A DNA stretch of 64,000 nucleotides from NCBI GenBank assembly GCA_026004035.1, contig BPII01000003.1:35255-99254 (forward strand). The letters are read 5' to 3'. Position numbers and translations under genes: made by a program. Below the pieces are notes generated by a model, which saw only the letters and a program-made list of their open reading frames with translations, had not been told where the DNA came from and made no database searches. Of the stretch, positions 10,150 through 20,545 are shown in pieces. This DNA is from Candidatus Sericytochromatia bacterium (GTDB lineage Bacteria > Cyanobacteriota > Sericytochromatia > UBA7694 > JACMQJ01). Positions within the stretch are counted from its first letter, which is position 1; the number at the start of each line of letters is the position of its first letter.

Positions 10150-10641
10150 TTAATTTTCTTTGTTAAATAATTTTTTTAATTTATTAACAGTATTTATAGG
10201 ATCTTCAACAATAATTCTTGTTCCACTTATAACATCTATAAATCCTACTTCTCTAGGATATCTTGGAACTATATGTAAATGTAAATGTTCTATACTTGCA
10301 CCGCTATTAAGTCCAATATTATAACCTATATTAAATGCTTGAGCATTATAATTTTCTTTTAATATATTAATAGACATAACCTGTAATTTATGTAACTCTA
10401 AAACTTCATTATCATTTAATTCAACAACACTTTCTATATGTTTTTTAGGAAAAATCATTAAATGACCTGGATTATATGGATAAAGATTTACAGATATTAT
10501 AAAATTTTCGCTTGAATATATATCTAACTTATCTACTTTTGGATCTTTATTAACAACAGAGCAAAGAATACATTTAACATTTGGTCTTTTACCTCTAACA
10601 TATTCTTGCTTTGAAGGAACAAATAATCTATCAGATGTCAT
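10150..10641 (-). CDS. HIT (histidine triad) family protein
   Basis: Histidine triad HLHLHIVPR near the C-terminus. 163 aa. Confidence 0.85.
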   Translation of the reverse strand: MTSDRLFVPSKQEYVRGKRPNVKCILCSVVNKDPKVDKLDIYSSENFIISVNLYPYNPGHLMIFPKKHIESVVELNDNEVLELHKLQVMSINILKENYNAQAFNIGYNIGLNSGASIEHLHLHIVPRYPREVGFIDVISGTRIIVEDPINTVNKLKKLFNKEN

Positions 10642-11396
10642 TTTACTATAATATCAATATTATTATTTATTTCTTTATCTGTAGAAAAAACTTGAACTGG
10701 ATTACTTAAATTTCCTAAATAAAAATTAAATAAGTCATTTTTATTATAATTATATATATGAAAGTCAATAGTATAAGAACCATCATTTTTTGTTTTTACT
10801 GCTTCTAATTGACCACTTTTATTATGTTTTATATATAAATCAACATTTGATAATGGTTTATTATCTTTCAAAACTTTACCACTTATTTTTAGATAAGCTA
10901 TTTTAGATTGAAAATCTTGTGAAACTTCTAAAGGATAATTTTTGTCTTTCCAATACCAATAACCTTCATCTAGCACTCTTACATTTCTATAACCAAGATT
11001 TTCTAATTGTTCAGCAGCTATTGAAGACAAATGATGAGGACAACCACAATAGGTAACAATTTCAGAATTTTTTGGAATATCTTTAACCATATCAGCTGTT
11101 AATGGTAATGGTAATGATTTTGCACCTTTTATATGTCCTTCTTTGTATGATAAATCATTTCTTACATCAAAAATATATATATTTTCATTATTATTTATTT
11201 TTTTTAGTAACTCATCAGCTTTTATAAATTTAGGTTTATATTGATTTTGTTTTACTTCTGATGATATACTACTTATTGGTGATACGTTTGAAGCTATTTT
11301 TGTATTATTAGTTTTTTTTTCTTCTGCTGTTGTATCAGAACAAGAAACAATAAACAATAAAGAAAAAAATAAAAATTTACTATGCAAGACTTTCAT
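10638..11396 (-). CDS. secreted rhodanese-domain protein with a C-terminal beta-sandwich-like extension
   Basis: Signal/lipobox (FIVSCSD). Rhodanese pattern IFDVRN...EGHIKGA...IVTYCGCPHHLSS...LENLGYRNVRVLDEGYWYW. Confidence 0.65.
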   Translation of the reverse strand: MKVLHSKFLFFSLLFIVSCSDTTAEEKKTNNTKIASNVSPISSISSEVKQNQYKPKFIKADELLKKINNNENIYIFDVRNDLSYKEGHIKGAKSLPLPLTADMVKDIPKNSEIVTYCGCPHHLSSIAAEQLENLGYRNVRVLDEGYWYWKDKNYPLEVSQDFQSKIAYLKISGKVLKDNKPLSNVDLYIKHNKSGQLEAVKTKNDGSYTIDFHIYNYNKNDLFNFYLGNLSNPVQVFSTDKEINNNIDIIVK

Positions 11397-11399
11397 AAT

Positions 11400-12701
11400 T
11401 TATTTTTTACTTACAACATTCATATTATCAAATAGAATTGAAGGATATTTTCTATTTCCTGATACTGACCAATGAGATTTATTTTCTATATATTTTATAT
11501 TATTATTAAACATTTCAAATGTATTTCCTGCTATCATACAATCTTTTATTCTACCTAATATTTTTCCTTTTTCTATAAGATAACCTTGAGATATATTTAC
11601 AGAAAAATCACCTGATAGTATGTTTCCTTGACCAGCTCCTAATACACCATCAATTAATATTCCTTCATCTATTTCTGATATTATTTCATCAAAAGATTTA
11701 TCATTACCTTCTATTATTAATGTAGATATAGATGGGTAAATTTCAGATAATCCTGTTCTAAAACCATTCCCTGTAGATTTTACACCTGCTTGATATGCAT
11801 TATCTACATCATAATAAAAACTTTCTAAAATACCATTTTTAATAAAATATTTTTTTTGTGTAGGTATTCCTTCATCATCAAAATGTAATGGGATTAATCC
11901 TTCTAAAGGAGCCTCATAAATATTTAATCTTTCATCAAATACTTTACTTTTCAATTTATTTTTAAAATAGGAAGAACCTTTTAATACTGATTTACCACTT
12001 AAAGCAGGTTCAATAGGTATAAGCAATGAACCTAAAGCCTTATTTGTAAATAATACAGGTAATTTTTTAGTATTTATTTCAAAAATTGCTTTACCTTTTT
12101 TAATATAAAAAAGTATTTTATTTAATAAATTAGAGTAATTTATTTCTGTTTTTCTTGTAGAAAAACCATCATATACATAAAATATGTCATTATCTCTAAC
12201 TAATTGACTATAGCAAGTTAAAGATAATTTATCATACTCTCTATGAGCTGATACTCCGTTAGTATTCATAATTATTTCTCTTGTAGAGCTATAATTTAAA
12301 GAAACATGATTTAAAGTTTCTTTTTCTTCATCTAATATTGAATTTATTAATTCTTCAGCACTTTTTATCATGTAATCTAAACTAGGTTTTTTATTCATTT
12401 TAAAGCTTTGACTTTCAATTTTATGTGATGGGAAATTCCAACCAACTTCTGGTCCATATTCAGATATCTCTATTGCATTTTTAACTAATTTATCAAAACT
12501 TGATGAATCTAAATCAGTAGTTGTTGAAAAACCTAACTTACCATTTTTTATTACTCTTAATGATATTCCTCTTGTTTCTTTTGATTCTATAGATTTAAGT
12601 TTATTTGATTCAAAATTTATAGGTATTAAATTATTTTCAAGATAATATACTTCAGCTGAATCAACATATTTTTCAGCTATACTTAAAATTTCATTTAACA
12701 T
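11400..12701 (-). CDS. pmbA: metalloprotease PmbA/TldE
   Basis: 433 aa. The gene lies directly downstream of tldD. The C-terminal pattern GDFSVNISQGYLIEKGKILGRIKDCMIAGN is typical of the TldD/PmbA family. Confidence 0.75.
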   Translation of the reverse strand: MLNEILSIAEKYVDSAEVYYLENNLIPINFESNKLKSIESKETRGISLRVIKNGKLGFSTTTDLDSSSFDKLVKNAIEISEYGPEVGWNFPSHKIESQSFKMNKKPSLDYMIKSAEELINSILDEEKETLNHVSLNYSSTREIIMNTNGVSAHREYDKLSLTCYSQLVRDNDIFYVYDGFSTRKTEINYSNLLNKILFYIKKGKAIFEINTKKLPVLFTNKALGSLLIPIEPALSGKSVLKGSSYFKNKLKSKVFDERLNIYEAPLEGLIPLHFDDEGIPTQKKYFIKNGILESFYYDVDNAYQAGVKSTGNGFRTGLSEIYPSISTLIIEGNDKSFDEIISEIDEGILIDGVLGAGQGNILSGDFSVNISQGYLIEKGKILGRIKDCMIAGNTFEMFNNNIKYIENKSHWSVSGNRKYPSILFDNMNVVSKK

Positions 12702-12703
12702 AA

Positions 12704-14072
12704 TTAACGACCACCTATAATTACATTTCTTATTCTTACATTAGGCCCGCCTGTTCCAACAGGTAAAGGATATTGTCCTGCTTTTCCACAGCCACCACCA
12801 CCATCAGGCCAACCTAATGTATCTCCAAGTCCTTCTATATTATGTAATGTTTCAAATACATTTCCAGTAAGAACAACATCTCTTACAGGTTCTTCTACTT
12901 TACCATCTCTTATCATATATGCTTCAGCAGCACTAAAAGTAAATAATTCTTTATTTGTCATACCGCCATAATATCTTCTAGCATAGACACCTAATTTTAT
13001 ATCAGCTATTAATTCTCTAAAAGGTGTTTTGCCTGGTTCTATATATGTATTTGTCATACGAACGATTGGAGCAAATCTATAATTTATACATCTTGCGTTT
13101 CCTGTTGGTTCTTCAACCCATTTTTGCTGCAGTTTCTCTTGAATGTAATCGTCCTGTTAAAATACCATTTTGTATTAAATATGTTTTTTTAGCTGGTACA
13201 CCTTCATCATCATATTCGTAAGTTCCTCTTTGATTAGGAAATATACCACTATCTACTACATTTAAAAAATCAGGACCAAATCTTTTTCCTATTGTAAAAA
13301 TTTCTTTCATTTTTGGATTTTCATATAAAAAATCAGCTTCACTTAAATGACCGAAAGCTTCATGTATAAAAACTCCTGCTAAAACAGGATCTAAAATAAC
13401 AGTATATTTACCACCTTTAATTGGTTTTGCTTTTAACTGACTTAATGCTCTTGTAACAGCTGCATCAACTTTATCTTCTAATCTTTCTAAAACTCCATAA
13501 TCGTCATTAGTTCCCCATGAAACAGAACCCTGTTGAACTAAATCACCTTTTCTTGTTATAACAACAAAAGAACCTTTAGCATCCATTTTTTCTATGTCTA
13601 GAAAAGTTCCTTCTGAATTAGCATAATATATAGTTTTATATGAATCTGTATAAGAAACTTTTGTTGTCTGAACTTCAGGTGCTGCAAACAACATTTTGTG
13701 ATTAAAATATTCTAATAAATTTTTTTTATCAGAAATAGAAATATTTCTAATATCTTTTATTATTTTTGGTCTTACTACTTTTTGAACTGGTTCAACAGGT
13801 GCAAGCATAGATTTATCATTACCTGCTAGTAATTTAGCTTGATAAATAGTATCATTTACTTTTTCTTGCAAATTATTTATGTTATTGAAAGAATTAAACG
13901 TCCATTTACCTTTATGTAAAACTCTTACACTACCACCTATGCCATGATTTTTGCTTATATTATCAAGTTTATCACCCGAAAATGATATTGAATTTGAATC
14001 AGTTTTTTCTATTCTTATATCAATATAATCAACATCAGCTTTTTTTATTAAGTTGCTTAAAACATCTTGCAT
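12704..14072 (-). pseudogene. tldD: metalloprotease TldD, split by a frameshift
   Basis: ORF 13113..14072 holds the N-terminal two thirds, including HEAFGHLSEAD. ORF 12704..13057 holds the C-terminus with GGGCGKAGQ...GGPNVRIRNVIIGG. The two are in different frames and the break lies around 13057..13113. Confidence 0.85.
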
Positions 14073-14171
14073 TTTTTAATTCCCACAAAACTATATTAAG
14101 TATAGCTTAATTAATATAGTTTTTTTCAGCATTTTTTTTAAATTTTATAAAAATATCAATTTTATATTTTT

Positions 14172-14704
14172 TTATTCTTCATTAATTCTATTATTTCTTT
14201 CTTCTTTTCAGCAAGTATTTCATTCGAAATATATCTTCAAATGGTTTCTTTAAATGGTTCAAAATATGGCAATAGTTTGGAACTATTAATTGTATCCTTT
14301 ACCTGAGGTATGTACTTTTGTAAGGTTTAGTATATCTATAAATATAGAAGGTATTATTACTATCATTGTTGATATAAATAATCCTAATAAAAATCCAGCT
14401 AATCTATCAAGAGTTTTTATTGGTGTATTTTCCATATTTTTTATTATTATTGTGAAAATGATATTTGCTATTATATATATGCTAAACCAACTAAATCCAA
14501 ATCCTAAGAAATTTTACTACATTTACATCATTTTCTATATATTTTAGAATAATGTTTGTTGCAAAATTTTGAAAAACTGGTGCAAAAACTGATGCTATAA
14601 CAAAAGATAGAATCCCAAATAACGATTTTAATAAGTCCTTTCGTTATTCCTAAGGTGCAGTTATAAATAAATATAATAGATATAAATATATCTAATTTGC
14701 TCAT
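14172..14704 (-). pseudogene. cvpA: CvpA-family membrane protein with several frameshifts
   Basis: Not in the ORF track. I read the minus strand by hand. It gives MSKLDIFISIIFIYNCTLGITKGLIK, then in other frames SLFGILSFVIASVFAPVFQNFATNII..., ...KTLDRLAGFLLGLFISTMIVIIPSIF..., and ...LLPYFEPFKETI. The order and motifs (LDRLAG.LLG) match CvpA. Its ATG overlaps the stop of the upstream gene (TAATG at 14702..14706). Confidence 0.5.
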
Positions 14705-15637
14705 TAATAATCTGATAGTATATCTTCTATTCTATGATACCCTGACCATTCTTGTGTCCAGTAATCAAAAATTCCCTCTCCTCTTTTTACTATCCAAGCT
14801 CTTTGAAATCTATTATCTTGAGACATAACTCTTACTAACATATCTCCATCATTAAATGCCCAATGACGACCATCACTATAATAATGTTCTATTTTTAAGC
14901 CTTGTCTTGTTTTTATATGATAAGCCATCTTTTGGTAAATCCCATGAATTATCGATAATAAATTCACTAACTTGCCATATATTGCCAGAAGGTAAATATC
15001 CTTGATCAGCTGCTATACCGGAATCATTAGGTAATCCAAATACTAAGCAATGTGGTACTTGACTTGCCAAATGTCTTAATTCTCCTTCTCTACCCCATTC
15101 ATGATGTAATGTACAAACTGTATTTCTTACAAGTCCAACTCCATGTGGTTCTTCTAAGTCAAATCCAGCTCCTGCTGATATATATTCACATAATTGATCA
15201 GCACCAGCAGAAAATCCAACTGTCAAAAGTTTTTTATTCTGTCTTTCATGTAGTAATCTTGCAAATAAATATCTATCACCAAAAAAGTGTTCTCCTAAAT
15301 ACTTGTATCTTTGCATACCTAATATACTATTTCCACCACCTAAAATGACAACTTCAGAATTAACAACTTTTTCAAAAAATATTTCAACATCTTCATGACG
15401 TAAATTTTCACTCCAAAAGAAAGTGCTATCTTGTAATCCCCATTGTCTAAATCTTCTAAAATACCATTCAAATGTTCCCCAGCTATATTCTTGTTGATCC
15501 CATCTTCCCATAGACATAGGAATATAAAATATAGTTTTATTATGATGACTTTTTAATGCTCTTTCTACTATCCAATCTCTATGTATATGTTCGCAACGAT
15601 TATGAGAACTATAAACTAATGCTGTAGCTTTAAACAT
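14704..15637 (-). pseudogene. peptidase S51-like (dipeptidase E/cyanophycinase family) protein with one frameshift and atypical composition
   Basis: VVILGGGNS and TVGFSAGA (the GxSAG nucleophile elbow) fit family S51. ORFs 14876..15637 and 14704..14967 overlap in different frames. A spot G+C count at 15001..15060 gives 23/60, against 8/60 at 9301..9360. Confidence 0.5.
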
Positions 15638-15753
15638 AAAAATCCTTTCTTTACAAAAATGGTTAATACATTATAACTTAAAATTTATTTTTTTTATAGT
15701 TTTCACTTTTTGTTGAAAAAATAAATATTTATTAGTCTATTAAATTTTTAAAA

Positions 15754-16569
15754 TTATAGGTTTTTTATAAATTCTTTAAGTAATAAATCAAGTTTTGAAG
15801 ACGCTGTTTTTGCTACATTAATAACCTCATCATGAGAAGTTTCAGACATTGTTTTTTCATAGTAAGTTGAGTTTGTTATACAAGATATACCTATAACTTT
15901 CATGTTCCAAGCATTAGCCCATATAGCTTCAGGAACTGTTGACATTCCTACAGCATCTATATTTAATTTTCTAAACATTAATACTTCAGCTCTAGTTTCA
16001 TAGTTTGGTCCAGGCAAACTTAAGTATATACCTTGATGTATTTTAACTTTTGCTTCAATTGCAGAATTAAGTATTAATTTATTTAACTCTTTATTATAAT
16101 ACTCTATAAATCTTCTTCCTTTTAAAAATTTATATAATTCTTTTCTTTCATTACTATCTATCAAATGAAAGTTTATATGATCTTCTATAAGCATTAAGTC
16201 ACCTGGTTCATAATTTCTATTAATACCACCTGCAGCATTAGTTAAAACTAATATTTTTGTTCCTAATTCTTTTAAAAGATATATAGGTGATACAACTTTA
16301 TTCCAACTATACCCTTCATATTTATGAAATCTACCTCTTAATATTAAGATATTTTTATTTTCATAGTTACCAATAGATATTAAGCCATCATGACCTTCTA
16401 CAGTTGATTTAGGAAAATTTGGAATATCAGAGTATTTTAAATCTTTTTGATTTTCTAAATTCTCAAAAATTTTCAATCCAGAACCTAAAACTATACCTAT
16501 ATCAGGTATTTGATTATTAAAATGTTTTTTAACAAAATTTATTGTTTCCTTATTTAAAATTTCCAACAA
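15754..16569 (-). CDS. punA: purine nucleoside phosphorylase (PunA type)
   Basis: Motifs GIVLGSGL, STVEGHDG, LRGRFHKYEGY, LTNAAGGIN and NYETRAE...DAVGMSTVPE. Confidence 0.85.
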   Translation of the reverse strand: MLEILNKETINFVKKHFNNQIPDIGIVLGSGLKIFENLENQKDLKYSDIPNFPKSTVEGHDGLISIGNYENKNILILRGRFHKYEGYSWNKVVSPIYLLKELGTKILVLTNAAGGINRNYEPGDLMLIEDHINFHLIDSNERKELYKFLKGRRFIEYYNKELNKLILNSAIEAKVKIHQGIYLSLPGPNYETRAEVLMFRKLNIDAVGMSTVPEAIWANAWNMKVIGISCITNSTYYEKTMSETSHDEVINVAKTASSKLDLLLKEFIKNL

Positions 16570-16613
16570 AACTTACTCCTTTTAAAATATAATATATATC
16601 AAGTATAATGAAA

Positions 16614-17577
16614 CTAAATTTTTTCAGAAGCTCTTTTTAATCTATCATTTATAGCTATACCTAAGCCGACATCAGGTAATTTTTCGGCTATTATTACATC
16701 TATATTTGACATATTGTCTAATATTCTAAGATAATTAAATAAATTGTAGCTTGCTTCATTTAAATCTTTATTTTTTGAAAGTATAAGTTGATTTTCTTTT
16801 GGTACTTTATCAATAGTCTTGTAAAAAGATAATATACCTATTTTCTTTTTATCAAAATTGTTTATTAATTCTTCAATATTTCCTAAAATTAATTTTTTAT
16901 TAGGTGAGTAGTGTATTTTTAATTGTCCTGGTGAGTCAGGATTATCTGAATTACCTTGAAAAGTATCAACATTACCTATAATAGATATTATATTTTCTTT
17001 AGTTATTTTGCCATATCTTAATATTTTTGGGATATCTTCAATAAAAGAAATTACAGTTGATTCTATACCTACCTCACACTGACCACCATCTAATATATAA
17101 GGTATTTTGTCACCTAAATTATCATTTACATGTTTTGGATTTGTAGGACTAACATAAGAAAATGGATTTGCACTCGGAGCTGCAACAGGAAAATCTATTT
17201 TACTTAATAGTTCTAAAGTAAGTTTATGATTAGGTATTCTTATAGCTACTGTATCTTTATTACCTGTTATTAAATTACTTACAATTTTTTTCTTTTTTAA
17301 AATTACTGTTAATGGACCAGGTGAAAATGTTTTTAATAACTTCAAAGCTTTGTCAGGTATAAATTCAACTAAATCATATATTTTTTTTTATAGAGTCTGT
17401 ATGAACTATTAAAGGGTTGTAATATGGTCTATTTTTTATTTTAAAAATTTTGTCTATTGCATTTTCACTAAATATATTTCCAGCTAATCCATAAACTGTT
17501 TCTGTAGGAATAGCTATAACTTCTTCATTTTTTAGTAAATCTATACAAAAATCTATATCTTTTCCTATTATAGCCAT
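16614..17577 (-). pseudogene. tsaC: L-threonylcarbamoyladenylate synthase (Sua5/TsaC), frameshifted in an A9 tract
   Basis: ORF 17374..17577 gives IAIPTETVYGLAGN...RPYYNPLIVH. ORF 16614..17345 gives SPGPLTVIL, IRIPNH, APSANPF plus a Sua5 C-terminal domain. Shifting frame inside the T9 run at 17381..17389 (A9 in the mRNA) gives the continuous reading ...HTDSIKKIYDLVEFIPDKALKLLKTFSPGPLT. Confidence 0.8.
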
Positions 17578-19380
17578 TAGTCTTTATGTGTTACAATAAT
17601 AATATTACTTACTTTTCTTTCTTTTTGATCTGAAATTTCATTTACTATTTTACCATTAAAATATAATGATGTAGAACCTCCACCATCTAAATTTAAAGCT
17701 GATTTCACTTCATATTGACTTAAATAGTTAGCTAATTCTTCTAAAGTAAAACCTTTACTATTTTTACTTCTACCATCTATAACAAAAAACAAAATATTAC
17801 CATTTTTTAACAAAGCTATTGCACTTCTTGGAGCTTTTCCTTCAGTAATATCTGCTTTAAATTGTTCTTCTTTGGCAGTTATGTTTACTTTTGAATCCTT
17901 TATTAAAGTTGGACCAGCACCTAATACATAACTATAATCATTTAAATTTTCAGAAAATTCAAAAACTAATTCATAAGATTTTGCATTTTTTTAGTAGTTT
18001 ATCTAAATTATTTTTTTGTTGTCCAGATACATATAAAAAGAAACTATTTTCTTCTAACTTACTATCAAAATTATTTACTTTTTTCAAATATTCACCTTTA
18101 TTTGAAACTACATATACATCAAATTCATCACCTAAATCTCTTTTTAAATTATCTTTTCCATAATCAAATGAAAATAGTACAGCTTGACCTTTAAATGGTG
18201 GTAAGTTAAAAGAGTTAATTTTATATATTTTAAACGATTTTTCATCATAGAAAAGTCTAATATAAATATTTAAATCAATATTTTTTATGCTGAAATTGTT
18301 ATTTTTATCTATAAATAAAGCAGAACGATTATAAAGTGGTTGGCTTATCAATTTTCCATTTTCATAAAATATTCCTAATGGAAATTTATTTTTTGAAGAA
18401 AAATAACCTCCATTAATAGCTGCTACTGCATTATTATGTTTTGATAATTTACTAGTTTCTTCTAAAGAAAAAATATTATTTTCATCTCTTGCAATAACAG
18501 GTTTGATATTATAAATATATGGATTAATTTCTAAAGTTTTTATTGATAATGGACCTTGAAAATCACCTATAGTAGTTTTTGTGTATAATATTTCATTAAA
18601 ATTTTCTATTTCCTCATACTTATATAATTTTGGAATTTGAATTATTACTCTGTAAGGATTATCTAATATAAATGAATTAATTATATTTAATTTAGTATCA
18701 TAATAAAAAGTAAGAGAAATAATACCTGGTATTTTTGTATCTATATCTATTTTTTTAAATCCTTTTATATTACTTATTTGAGATTTAAACTTCTGAAAAT
18801 CTTCAGGAATTGAGCCCCAAAAATTTACTTTATAATAATTTTCATTTTCTTCATAACTATAAACTGGTAACTTGGTAAAATTAAAAATTATTTTGTTTTC
18901 TGTATTATCAGAAAAATTTTCAACTTCAGTTACTTTATTAAATGCTTTTACAATATTTAATTCGCTTTTAAAATTATTTTCTGAAACTAATATACCAAAT
19001 CTTGTTAGAAATTGAGTTGAAACATATAAGGTATTATTTCTCCATATAGGTGTTTGATGTATAAGAAATGCTTTATTATTAACATATATATTTTTAGAAC
19101 CATCCTTTATAAAAAAAGATTCTTCATTATTTGTTATATATGCTGATTTATTTTCTTTATCAATAATTAACTCACCACCTAAATTTTTCAAAATTTCTAT
19201 TGGCAAGTATTTATCTTTACCTGATATATATATATCTGTTAAAAAATCTACTTCTTGAAAATTTAAAAGAAATTTCCATTTTATAGCTGTTTTATCTATG
19301 TTCTCAAATAAGTTTTTACTTTGTGCATAAGAATTTTTTGTTAAAAATAATAATATAAATAATAAACAAATTTTTTTCAT
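17577..19380 (-). pseudogene. phosphodiester glycosidase family protein with an N-terminal copper-amine-oxidase-like stalk domain; one frameshift
   Basis: The C-terminus SALNLDGGGSTSLYFNGK is typical of the phosphodiester glycosidase (DUF2233) family. The reading ...GAGPTLIKD...APRSAIALLKNGNILFFVIDGR continues upstream of ORF 17577..17813. The frame switch from ORF 17971..19380 lies at the T7 run 17986..17992. Confidence 0.6.
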
Positions 19381-20258
19381 AATAAAATAATTACTCTATT
19401 TTCATCTAGTATTTTATTAATAGAATTTATACCTAATATTTTCTTTAAAGTTTCATTACCTAATATTATATCAGTTTTGTATTCACCACTAATTTTAATT
19501 GGTTTTACTATTAATGGATTATCTCCTACTCTTGGACTTTTTTTAGCTTCAGAAAAAGAATTATAATAAGCTACAGGAGAAAAATTTATTATATTTTTCA
19601 AATTAAAGTTATCATTATCTAAATAAACTTTATTATTTTTTTCATCAAGTATTGAAGGCAATAAAGCAGGTTCTAATTTAAAGTCTCTACAATCTATTAT
19701 TAACCCTGAATATTTTTCTTTAAAATCAATAGGTTTTAAATCTGATTTTTTACCAGATTTTATGATTTTTTCATTTAAAATAATAGAAGCTAAACTTTCA
19801 TCGTCATTTATCAAATTACCTTTTATATCTCTAGCACTTTGATTAAACAAGTTTATTTCCAATATAACTTCAACAGAACCATTACTTAAATTATTAACTT
19901 CAATACTTTTTGTTTCTCTTATAAAATTATTTATTTTACTTTTTATTTCATCTTGGTTTATTATATCTTTTACAACAAGTTCAGAATTTACCTTTATATT
20001 ATTTATAAATTCCATTAATTTTTTGTTAGCATTTAGTTTTGCCATTCTTTGAGCAAATAATCTTCTTTGTGGCAAAGTTCCCCTATCAGATGGAACACCT
20101 ATTGATTTTATTTTTATTTTATTATCGGTCCAATTTATTTCTATATTATCAAATTTTTGTATATATGCTTGATTTATTTCTTGAGAGTAAGAAACATTTG
20201 TATTATTAACTAAAAATAATATAAAAAATATAACTATCCTCTTAGATAATCTAAACAT
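19377..20258 (-). CDS. hypothetical secreted protein, possibly with an LPP20-like N-terminal domain
   Basis: A signal peptide is present. The segment QRRLFAQRMAKLNANKKLMEFINNIKV resembles the LPP20 lipoprotein domain, but the match is weak. Confidence 0.35.
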   Translation of the reverse strand: MFRLSKRIVIFFILFLVNNTNVSYSQEINQAYIQKFDNIEINWTDNKIKIKSIGVPSDRGTLPQRRLFAQRMAKLNANKKLMEFINNIKVNSELVVKDIINQDEIKSKINNFIRETKSIEVNNLSNGSVEVILEINLFNQSARDIKGNLINDDESLASIILNEKIIKSGKKSDLKPIDFKEKYSGLIIDCRDFKLEPALLPSILDEKNNKVYLDNDNFNLKNIINFSPVAYYNSFSEAKKSPRVGDNPLIVKPIKISGEYKTDIILGNETLKKILGINSINKILDENRVIILL

Positions 20259-20344
20259 AAATGTTTAAAATAAAATAACAATTTATTATACTATCTTTTT
20301 TATACTTAGGTAAATAAACTTAATGAATTGAAAGTTTTTAAGTG

Positions 20345-20485
20345 GACACTGGAATTAAGTTATAGAAAAAATTACTTTTAAACGCTACTAAATACTAAAT
20401 TTAAAGTATTTTTTAATATAAATCTTTAAAATGCTTACTATTAAAGAATTTTGATCTTATCAAAAAATAGCTTTAGACCAATAGC
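20345..20485 (-). repeat. intergenic repeat family A, inverted copy
   Basis: cactggaattaagttatagaaaaaattacttttaaacgctactaaatactaaatttaaagta...cttatcaaaaaatagctttagacc is the reverse complement of the elements at 48901..49020 and 54765..54915. I aligned them by eye. Confidence 0.75.
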
Positions 20486-20545
20486 TAATATAGATATCAT
20501 AAATTTTATGATATATTTAGATAATAAATAATTTGGTGTTTTGCC

